From: Candidatus Heimdallarchaeota archaeon
GTDB lineage: Archaea > Asgardarchaeota > Heimdallarchaeia > JABLTI01
Length of the DNA stretch: 64,000 nt
Direction: 5' to 3'
Assembly (NCBI GenBank): GCA_019056785.1
Contig: DXJV01000001.1
Location: forward strand, 10,600-74,599
Part shown: piece by piece, positions 9,773 through 17,638 of the stretch
Layout of the letters: each line of letters opens with the position of its first letter
Position numbering within the stretch: the stretch's first letter is position 1
Position numbers and translations under genes: made by a program
Notes under the pieces: model-generated
What the model was told of the DNA's origin: nothing
Database searches by the model: none
The model's input: only the letters and a program-made list of their open reading frames with translations

Positions 9773-9982
9773 ATAAGAGCCTTCTTTAATTTAGTTGCTT
9801 TTAAGTTCATAATTTTACATTTACATATTGCCATTTACCTAGAGGAAATATGGCATTTTAACAATTAATATTATAATTGTCCCTGTAATTTGTTGTATTC
9901 TAAGCTTACTCTTGTCGCACTATTAAATATGAGTTTCGAATGCGGTAAAATTCGTTTTAATTTTTGGTTGAAAATTTTTCTA

Positions 9983-12900
9983 TTAAGGAGGATCGACTTG
10001 AATATTTTTCTCCTTTTCTTTTATTTTTTTCATCTTTTTACGATAGCGGATTTCTAAATAGAGAATTAAAGAGCTTAGAAGGATAATTGGGAGACTTGTG
10101 TTAAGAATAATGCGTTTAACCTTTTGTGTCAAAGGATTGTCCTGTTTCTTCAGAGGGTCAGTTCCGGCATTTATTTCTTCTCTGTCTGTGAATCCGTCTC
10201 CATCGGTGTCAGGTAATAGAGGGTTCGTTCCAAATCGCAACACTTCATCAGCATCACTAATTGTATCAGAATCTGTGTCAATATTCAATGGATCGGTGTA
10301 CCAATCTTTGACTTCTGCACCATCCGACAGGCCATCGCCATCAGTATCATTTACAAGTGGGTTGGTTTTACTGCTAAATTCCTCAAGATTAGTTAGTCGA
10401 TCATTATCGAGGTCAAGATAGCTATCGTTGGTTAAGGGGTCAAGTGAGTAGAATACTTCCCAGGCATCCGGTGTGCCATCGCCTTCTGTGTCGTTATTTG
10501 TTGGGTCAGTAAAATAGATGAAAATTTCGTCAAAATCATCCAATCCATCTGAATCCGTGTCATCTGTTGTGGGGTCAGTATGCCAGATGGTTGCTTCCTC
10601 CCCATCAAACAACCCATCATTATCTGTATCGATTTTCAATGGGTCTGAAAAATACTGAGAAACTTCTACCCCATCTGAAAGATTATCCCAATCCGTGTCG
10701 CTCAAGGCGGGATTTGTAAAATAGGTGTAAATTTCCACGCCATCTAATAACGTGTCGTTATCGCTATCTGGCACATTTGGATTGGTGCCGAAGTATTCCT
10801 CATCGAAATCCCCAAGATTATCATTGTCTGTATCAATTTGTCTCGAGATAAAATGAAATTGCGTTTTTGGTCCTCGTCGTTCCTGGACCCCTATAATAAC
10901 ATTGTTTCTAATGGTATCATAGAGTCCAAGAGGTTCACTTCCAAATGCCGGATTATTAAACAATATTTCCCTTTTTGCCCACCCTGTGATGGTCTTTATT
11001 CGAACAGCCACCAAATCCACGCCTTCTTGTGTAAATTCATCAGTCGGGAGATTCGTTAAATGCTGTACGTAGATCAGTGAGCCATTCGCCAGGTTGAAAA
11101 ACGCGTGGTAATTTGTTCCTTCTTTTTCAAAAACAGCGCCAATTTTCTTCCAATTGCTGCCAGGTTTTTTTGTGAAAAGGATTGAATCTGACACGAGGTA
11201 GGGACCACTATAGTATTTTTTGAGAAAAATAATCTCGAGGGTATCTTGTGAATCAATTAGTTGTAATGGCCGGACCAATAAACTATTTGTTGCTACTTCT
11301 AGGGTTTGCTCTTCTAACCAATCTTTTGCATATGGTTTTGAGTTATATTTAATATAGCTGGCAGGAATATTGCGGTCAAAAAGTGTATAAGATAAATGGA
11401 GGGTCCCGAGAGAATCAACAATAAGATTAGGGGTAATGGCTGAAATTTGTTGCGAATTTTCCAATAAAGTCATTGATGTGAAATTTTGTTCTCCCTCGAG
11501 TTTGTAACTATAGTAGAGTTTATTTTGATAGATGCTTATTTGTTCTCCCCAAACAATATGAAGAGTATCATTAGCATCAATAATTGCATCATAATTATTT
11601 TTTTCAGCATAATTCTCAGGTTCCTTAATCAATAGAGGCTTACTCCAATTCTCTTGATGGAAATTTTTTGTCATAAGGAATAACCCATCGAACGGACCCA
11701 TGATATCATCAGCAATAAAAAGACAGTAGAGGGTATTTTTCGAATCGATTAATAATTTTGGATTTTCAGCTTCAATAATCCCTCCGGCAGTAATACTTCC
11801 AATAAATTCCCAAGAATCATTTTGATATCTTCGTTGATAATAGATTTTTGAGTTAAACCACCCCGCATGTTCCCAAACAAAATGTATAACCCCCTCTTGA
11901 TCAACAACGATTGACCCTTTGTTATTTTCAACAGTAGTAAATAGCACCTTTTCTGCAGAAGAAAGGTCTCCTGATTTATTGAAACCCATTGCTACTAAAA
12001 CGTCAAGATCAAAAAAGAAAATGTCGCCCAAGTATCCTGTTTCTTGGGAGTAACTTGGAATAAAAAGCGAGTTGGTTGCTTTCCCGGTTGTTGTTATCGC
12101 TTCACTGATTTGCCAAGTCTGCGTGTCACCAAATCGCTTTTTATAAAATATATTCATTTGAGCACTAACATCTTCTTCATAAAAAACATAAAGATCATTG
12201 GTAAGCTCATCTTCCACAATGCCAGCAATAAAGGCGTTATAATTTGGATTATTCAAGATTCGTTGTGGAGTATTGATAGAACCGTTAGCAAAAACTTCGA
12301 GATAAACAAGTTCTTTGGAAACATCATCGGCAGTCCAAAGAATATGAAAACCTTTTGTAAGATTACTTTTGAAAACATGAAGCTCATCAATGGGAACATC
12401 ATAAGTATCCAACAAAGAAATGTTTTCCCAGCTAATTCCATCATTTAAAGATGCTGCCATGTAAAGTTCATTTCCTTCAAATGAACCGTCCCATGTAACT
12501 ATAATGGCTCCCAAGACCCCAGAAAGAAAAGTCTTTAAGTGAATTTTAAGTGGCGAGTATTCTTTAAAGAGTTGTAGTGGAGTTGATATTGAACCATCCG
12601 GAAGAAATATTCGGACTAGTTGTACTGCACTTACTACCTCATTGTTCTCTGTCTCTTTTTTCGTGCTCACCCAGGCTATGTCAAGAACGTTTTTTTCGGC
12701 TAATTCCATCGTTAGACTCGAGTAATGTTGTTTTAAACTGCGGCTAATAGTTGTTATATTGGACCAATGATTACTCTCAATGTTTTTGAATAAAAATACG
12801 ACTTCGTTCTGAATTTCTCTTCTTGCTATAAATGCTAAATAGAGGGTATTGTTTGCTAATACGAGCTGAAGGTTTTCTATAGTCGAATCCATCACTTTGA

Positions 12901-13285
12901 ACTGTTGTGGTAGGGCCCAATGAGCAGTGGTGTTTGTGTCGCTCTTCATGTAATTGAGACTGTAACCATATAATGAGAGATGTTTAATGAAAATGCAATG
13001 ATACACGCCGGTAGAATCGTGGCGAATAATATATTCTCCATGCTCCAATGCCGGAAACGTCACCTGTTGAGGTTGGCTCCAAACGGAGTTTTCTGAGAAG
13101 GCTTTTGTATCGTTCATTGTTATTTGGTGAGTTTTTCCTTCAAGCTCCGGCTGTGAGTTTGATTTCAAGTGAAAATTATTAATTGGACCGTTATACCAAA
13201 AGCTATTAACAATAAGTAAAGATAGGAGTATCGTTAAAAGAAGTTTGGAATACTTCATGTTATGGTTGGATGCTTTTGGGTTCAT
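9983..13285 (-). CDS. Large cell-surface protein: beta-propeller(s), TSP3-like Ca2+-binding repeats, C-terminal TM
   Basis: Signal peptide; repeated VDxxGxxHxVW..IYY..W blades; Asp-box SLNDGISW; DTDxDGLxD repeats; TM followed by basic tail. Confidence 0.85.
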   Translation of the reverse strand: MNPKASNHNMKYSKLLLTILLSLLIVNSFWYNGPINNFHLKSNSQPELEGKTHQITMNDTKAFSENSVWSQPQQVTFPALEHGEYIIRHDSTGVYHCIFIKHLSLYGYSLNYMKSDTNTTAHWALPQQFKVMDSTIENLQLVLANNTLYLAFIARREIQNEVVFLFKNIESNHWSNITTISRSLKQHYSSLTMELAEKNVLDIAWVSTKKETENNEVVSAVQLVRIFLPDGSISTPLQLFKEYSPLKIHLKTFLSGVLGAIIVTWDGSFEGNELYMAASLNDGISWENISLLDTYDVPIDELHVFKSNLTKGFHILWTADDVSKELVYLEVFANGSINTPQRILNNPNYNAFIAGIVEDELTNDLYVFYEEDVSAQMNIFYKKRFGDTQTWQISEAITTTGKATNSLFIPSYSQETGYLGDIFFFDLDVLVAMGFNKSGDLSSAEKVLFTTVENNKGSIVVDQEGVIHFVWEHAGWFNSKIYYQRRYQNDSWEFIGSITAGGIIEAENPKLLIDSKNTLYCLFIADDIMGPFDGLFLMTKNFHQENWSKPLLIKEPENYAEKNNYDAIIDANDTLHIVWGEQISIYQNKLYYSYKLEGEQNFTSMTLLENSQQISAITPNLIVDSLGTLHLSYTLFDRNIPASYIKYNSKPYAKDWLEEQTLEVATNSLLVRPLQLIDSQDTLEIIFLKKYYSGPYLVSDSILFTKKPGSNWKKIGAVFEKEGTNYHAFFNLANGSLIYVQHLTNLPTDEFTQEGVDLVAVRIKTITGWAKREILFNNPAFGSEPLGLYDTIRNNVIIGVQERRGPKTQFHFISRQIDTDNDNLGDFDEEYFGTNPNVPDSDNDTLLDGVEIYTYFTNPALSDTDWDNLSDGVEVSQYFSDPLKIDTDNDGLFDGEEATIWHTDPTTDDTDSDGLDDFDEIFIYFTDPTNNDTEGDGTPDAWEVFYSLDPLTNDSYLDLDNDRLTNLEEFSSKTNPLVNDTDGDGLSDGAEVKDWYTDPLNIDTDSDTISDADEVLRFGTNPLLPDTDGDGFTDREEINAGTDPLKKQDNPLTQKVKRIILNTSLPIILLSSLILYLEIRYRKKMKKIKEKEKNIQVDPP
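10153..10834 (-). repeat. About 10 tandem ~23-aa thrombospondin type-3-like acidic repeats
   Basis: D[TS]DxDx[LI]xDxxE....T[DN]P units in the translation. Confidence 0.85.
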
Positions 13286-13382
13286 TTTCCTAACTAATTA
13301 TTCATTCTTTTTTTGCTATTACAATTTAATGGTAAATCTTATTCCTTTTCAGAATTATTTTTGAAAAATTCCTCGTACGCCT

Positions 13383-14471
13383 TTAATCAAACGATTCATC
13401 GATAATTTTTATGCGATTCATCCTTCCCCAGCGTTCACGCTGTATGACCCCCTTCTCTTCTAACTGAGAAAGGTAGTAAGAGACTTTTGCCTTTGAAAAC
13501 CCACTTATAGAACCAATTTTACTTTGTGTTGTAACGCCGTTTTCTCGTTTAATTATTTCCAAAATTTCTCTCTCGGGCTCTGAAAGTAATGTTTCAACTA
13601 TTTCTTTTTTCTCGAATTCTGCCTTTGACTTTAAATAGAAATACGTTGAAAGGCTCCCTACAATACCACCTAGAAGAAATGTTACAATTAAAAATGCCCA
13701 AAATTTCATATTGAAAGTATTGATATTGTCGGTTGATGGATATTCTTGGAAACGAACGATCCATGTTTGGGTGTCATCCATTTTGATATTATTGTAATTC
13801 CACTCGAGTCGCCTGCCATCGCTGGATTGGAAATTTGGTGCAGGCTCGATATTTGTTTTATTATATAGCTTAAATGGTGTTGGTAGTGTTAATGTTAGGG
13901 AAAATTGTTCCACATCTTCGTCGTGAGTAATCGACCATTCAAAAATGTATAATTTATTTAATTCTGCCTGAAAAACAATGGAATTTTCTAAAATGTATGA
14001 AACTGTGAAGGAATAGAAACCAAATGGTTCCAGGGGTTCCCGTAAAGAAATATTGATTAAATGATAATTTGTGAAAATTTCCCATTGATAATACAAATTG
14101 CCTTTCGAGTCATAAACAGTAATAGAAGACAATCGATTATTTGTCAAAATAGTGACAATATCGAGGCGATGTATAATGTAACTGACATTTGCATATCCGG
14201 TATTCTGATACGTAAATTGGGTGCTAAATTCTGCATCATTGCCGTTCTCATCAACATTCACAGATAGCTTGTAAAGCAATCTTGAAAGATTCTTATTGAG
14301 GTCTCTAATTGTAAATAGTCTGGCTTGTTTTATTGCTACTCCTTGACTGATCGGTCTCTCTTGAGGGAGAGACAACTCGTTTTTTTCTCCTACAATATTG
14401 ATAATGATTATTGCATTAAAAATAAAGCCGAGAATTAAAATGTGAGTTAAGAATCTTATTCTTTTATTCAT
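13383..14471 (-). CDS. Membrane-tethered winged-helix transcriptional regulator with extracellular beta domain
   Basis: Signal anchor, extracellular domain, TM, then LSEPE.EIL....G..TQ..I....GFSKAKVS..L..LE.KG.I.RE..GR.N. Confidence 0.85.
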   Translation of the reverse strand: MNKRIRFLTHILILGFIFNAIIIINIVGEKNELSLPQERPISQGVAIKQARLFTIRDLNKNLSRLLYKLSVNVDENGNDAEFSTQFTYQNTGYANVSYIIHRLDIVTILTNNRLSSITVYDSKGNLYYQWEIFTNYHLINISLREPLEPFGFYSFTVSYILENSIVFQAELNKLYIFEWSITHDEDVEQFSLTLTLPTPFKLYNKTNIEPAPNFQSSDGRRLEWNYNNIKMDDTQTWIVRFQEYPSTDNINTFNMKFWAFLIVTFLLGGIVGSLSTYFYLKSKAEFEKKEIVETLLSEPEREILEIIKRENGVTTQSKIGSISGFSKAKVSYYLSQLEEKGVIQRERWGRMNRIKIIDESFD

Positions 14472-15432
14472 TGCGCACCCCTCTTTTCCTTCTTTGGTTT
14501 AACCATTTTTTAGAATAGAGCATTGTTGCTAAGGAAATTATAATGGCTATCATAGTAAACCCATTTGTAGATGCTGTTTGTTGGGGAATAATTGTACAAA
14601 CAAATGTTAGGATGATTTTTCTGATGTCACCTCGAGAAGGGATTGATACCCAAAAGTCTGCTGGTGCATGCTCTTTTGTAGCAATGTTGTAATTGACAAA
14701 AAACATTGAAAAGTACGATTCTTCTTTTTGTTTGTCTGTGAGAATCGTCAAAAACTGGTTAAAACGTAGCTCGAAGATGTACTGCGCTCCCAGAATCTGG
14801 ACAACATATTGATCATTCTCAATGTCTACAAAAGGTCCAAGGCGTTCATAATAATTCGGCTCTTCTAAGAAGGTTACAATTCTAAATGCTAAACCATTTG
14901 TGCCAGCAGAAAAGGTCCAATTTGTTAATGTTAATTCCAAGAAAGTGGATTCCAAAGGAGTAATCTTGTATCCATTGATGGATTTATTTGTATCTAACGA
15001 CACAATAGAAAATGTGAGAGAAGCATTGTGGTCAAGTGCACCTCGAGACATGTTCACATATGCTCGTGTCGGTTCTGAAACACCAAAAGCTTCCCATAAA
15101 AGATAATTGAGGTTGTAAGCTTTTCCTGTCAAGTGTTCCATCGAACTTAGATAGGTGGAAGGCGAAAAGTATTCTGAGAGATAGCTAAACTTGAGCTTCA
15201 ACTCACCAAAATTCGTTTTCTCGAATGAAATTTCCGGCCCTTTGTTTTTAGGAATTATTATATTATAATTTTCGCCTGAGTAGATTCTAAAGAGATCCTC
15301 TTCCTCCACTAAATTCACTTGTCCAAAAACAGGAGTAAATAATTGAAAAAAAGGCGAGAGAAATAGCAGTAAAATGCTTAACCCCAATAACATGTTCTTT
15401 TTAGGTAATATCATTTTTCTCCTCAAACTCAT
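14464..15432 (-). CDS. Secreted surface protein with C-terminal NGF-TM-basic anchor
   Basis: Signal peptide; ends TASTNGFTMIAIIISLATML..RRKR; overlaps the next gene by 8 nt. Confidence 0.7.
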   Translation of the reverse strand: MSLRRKMILPKKNMLLGLSILLLFLSPFFQLFTPVFGQVNLVEEEDLFRIYSGENYNIIIPKNKGPEISFEKTNFGELKLKFSYLSEYFSPSTYLSSMEHLTGKAYNLNYLLWEAFGVSEPTRAYVNMSRGALDHNASLTFSIVSLDTNKSINGYKITPLESTFLELTLTNWTFSAGTNGLAFRIVTFLEEPNYYERLGPFVDIENDQYVVQILGAQYIFELRFNQFLTILTDKQKEESYFSMFFVNYNIATKEHAPADFWVSIPSRGDIRKIILTFVCTIIPQQTASTNGFTMIAIIISLATMLYSKKWLNQRRKRGVRNE

Positions 15433-15507
15433 GAATATAGCTTGTTTTTTCTATATTTCAAATGCTTTCCTACCTTAAAAAGCTATTTGCTATTGTTCAG
15501 ATATTTT

Positions 15508-15700
15508 TGAACAGTTCATGAACAAAAAGTTTTTCAAACTTAAGGGACTCTTTTTGAAAGGTTGTGGGATTTTCAAGTGATTTTTTAAAAAAAGGATTAA
15601 AGAATTTCCTAGGAATACAGTGTATAAATTAGGTTGGGAAAAACGTTAAAAAATGGTTCAGCATAGTTCACAAAAGTTTAGAAAAGTACTGAACAGTTCA
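15508..15700. promoter_or_regulatory. Two identical palindromes TGAAC-A-GTTCA plus half sites
   Basis: Exact copies at 15508-15518 and 15690-15700; extra TGAAC/GTTCA half sites near 15495, 15519, 15656 and 15666. Confidence 0.55.
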
Positions 15701-15754
15701 TAGATTGTCATAAAGGAGTATTTAATTATTTTCAAAACAATAATGTAACTATCT

Positions 15755-15866
15755 TTGGCACTCTTGCAATTGCTTTAGTAGCTGATAAGAAAGCAAAATG
15801 CGAAGGAAGGCCGAAAATCCCTCTTGATTAATGCCTGGTCGGGGAGCAATTCCCCGCCATCATTTT
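15755..15866 (+). ncRNA. Candidate structured small RNA or bidirectional terminator
   Basis: Hairpin TTGCTTT..AAAGCAA, then GC hairpin TGG(T)CGGGGA-GCAAT-TCCCCGCCA followed by a T-run. Confidence 0.3.
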
Positions 15867-16525
15867 TATTCTTCTTGTAATTTCTCTACGGGCGAAAGGG
15901 GTTCTTCTTCTGTTTCCTCCGTTGCAGCTTCTTCTATAGGTGGTTCTTCTAAACCAAGTTCGATCCTGCTTTTGCGTAGTTCTGCTATCAAAGCTTCATC
16001 ACTTTCCCGGGGAATAGAACTATCTCCAATCCTTCGATAGATCCCTCTTATTCTTGCCAAAGTATATGTTAAGGCAATTTCCAACAGATAGAAAACAATA
16101 GGTATAGCGATCACGGTATAAACATTAAATTCAAATGGTTGGGGAATACCCAACGTTACCTCGACAATAATATAGACAACTAAAGAACTGATTATTGCAC
16201 TGGCACCAACAATGGCACTTACACCAACAGCTTCTTTCTTATTCTCAACAAGATAGGATATTGCTAAACCTGTAAAAGGGGCAAAAATAAAGATGCCAAA
16301 GTCAAATAAACCTTGTTCATATCTATTTAGAAATCCATAGGTAAAAGCGAGTATCCCAGCAATTTGTAAAACGCTGAAAACAATCGTTAAAATTATGAAT
16401 CGTTTTTTATTTGGAACAAATTCCAAGTCTGCCCATTTTGGGAGCATGGACTTTTCTTTCTCAGCTTCTGGAACTTCGGGCTCCAAAGTTACATTGGAGG
16501 TGTCGTTAGTAGTTTCATCCGGCAT
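15866..16525 (-). CDS. 4-TM membrane protein with acidic termini, unknown function
   Basis: Four hydrophobic segments; GGTG SD upstream. Confidence 0.7.
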   Translation of the reverse strand: MPDETTNDTSNVTLEPEVPEAEKEKSMLPKWADLEFVPNKKRFIILTIVFSVLQIAGILAFTYGFLNRYEQGLFDFGIFIFAPFTGLAISYLVENKKEAVGVSAIVGASAIISSLVVYIIVEVTLGIPQPFEFNVYTVIAIPIVFYLLEIALTYTLARIRGIYRRIGDSSIPRESDEALIAELRKSRIELGLEEPPIEEAATEETEEEPLSPVEKLQEE

Positions 16526-16657
16526 AGAAAAACACCGACTTCAATAATTACTTTGATGCTTTAAACAAAAAATTTCCCCTATTATACTTTTAGATAAATC
16601 TTTATTGCTCTCCTCAAAATACTACTTGCTAATTAATGAAAAAAAAGGTTACTGCCA

Positions 16658-17329
16658 ATGGAAAAATTACTTCTACAATTAGTAAAAAAATGGGGCGTAG
16701 ATTGCATTATTTTCGACTTAGATGGCACTTTAGTTGACACGCTCGAATTTCACATCAAAGCTTTTCAACAATTGTTCGCTGAAAAAGGATTAAAAATTTC
16801 GTATGATAAAATAGCTGAAAACATGGGTCGAACACCAAAAGATACCCTTCTAACTTTACTCTCTAATTTGGTTGATGCTCCGAAAAAACTTGAAATGCTC
16901 ACACAGGAAAAAGAGCAAAAACTCAGCAAACTTTTAACTACTGTTTATAAAATGCCTGGGGCTGAAGAGATCCTCAAGCTCTTAAAAGCAAACCATAAAA
17001 CACTTTGTTTGGCTTCCTCAACACCAAGCTATAATGTTAAAAAAATCCTCGAAGCAACTACCCTGGAAGTTTATTTTGATGCCATTGTGACCGAGGAAGA
17101 TATCTCAGTTGGAAAACCAAATCCTGAAGTTTTTCTTGTTGCAGCAAAAAAGGGCCGTTGTTCAATAGACAGCTGTTTAGTAATAGGCGACTCGACACAT
17201 GATATTAAAGCAGCAAAAAATGCGGGCATGAAAGTTATTGCTGTAGCAAGCGGAAAACATTCGAAAGTAGAGCTGGAGCAAGAACAACCTGACTTTCTCG
17301 TACAAACATTAAAAACCCTTATAACATAA
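16658..17329 (+). CDS. HAD-superfamily phosphatase (beta-PGM/CbbY-like)
   Basis: FDLDGTLVD, SS, GKPNPEVF and IGDS.HDI motifs. Confidence 0.93.
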   Translation: MEKLLLQLVKKWGVDCIIFDLDGTLVDTLEFHIKAFQQLFAEKGLKISYDKIAENMGRTPKDTLLTLLSNLVDAPKKLEMLTQEKEQKLSKLLTTVYKMPGAEEILKLLKANHKTLCLASSTPSYNVKKILEATTLEVYFDAIVTEEDISVGKPNPEVFLVAAKKGRCSIDSCLVIGDSTHDIKAAKNAGMKVIAVASGKHSKVELEQEQPDFLVQTLKTLIT

Positions 17330-17421
17330 TCACTCGAGATAAACTGGTGGAATTAGTAATAGTGAAAAATCTTTTAAGTAAACGAAAAATTAGAATAATA
17401 AAAACTATGATGGTGTATTAA

Positions 17422-17583
17422 ATGGCAGGTACTCCGACTATTGGATGGGCGATATTTGGAACGTTTTTATGTGGACTAGTTCTGACAATTCCGGTTATTA
17501 TCGTTTATTACATTGTAAGAATGGTTCAAAATCAAATTAAGAAAAGAAAAGAACGAATCGAAAAAGAATCAACCATTATTTAA
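17422..17583 (+). CDS. Single-pass membrane microprotein, 53 aa, not in ORF track
   Basis: MAGTPTIGWAIFGTFLCGLVLTIPVIIVYYIVRMVQNQIKKRKERIEKESTII; GGTG 6 nt upstream; basic residues follow the TM. Confidence 0.65.
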   Translation: MAGTPTIGWAIFGTFLCGLVLTIPVIIVYYIVRMVQNQIKKRKERIEKESTII

Positions 17584-17638
17584 ACACCCTATTTTTTCTT
17601 TGATTCTTACTTTTCACTTTAGAGAAGCATAATTGAGA

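Noticed and set aside
15782-15835. Hammerhead-ribozyme-like CTGATAA...CGAAA-ATC/GAT-TA
   Set aside because: The core is CUGAUAA rather than CUGANGA, and stems I and II do not pair.
15433-15865. Replication origin or CRISPR array in the long intergenic region
   Set aside because: No cdc6/orc1 nearby, no ORB G-string repeats, and no regularly spaced 25-40-nt repeats.
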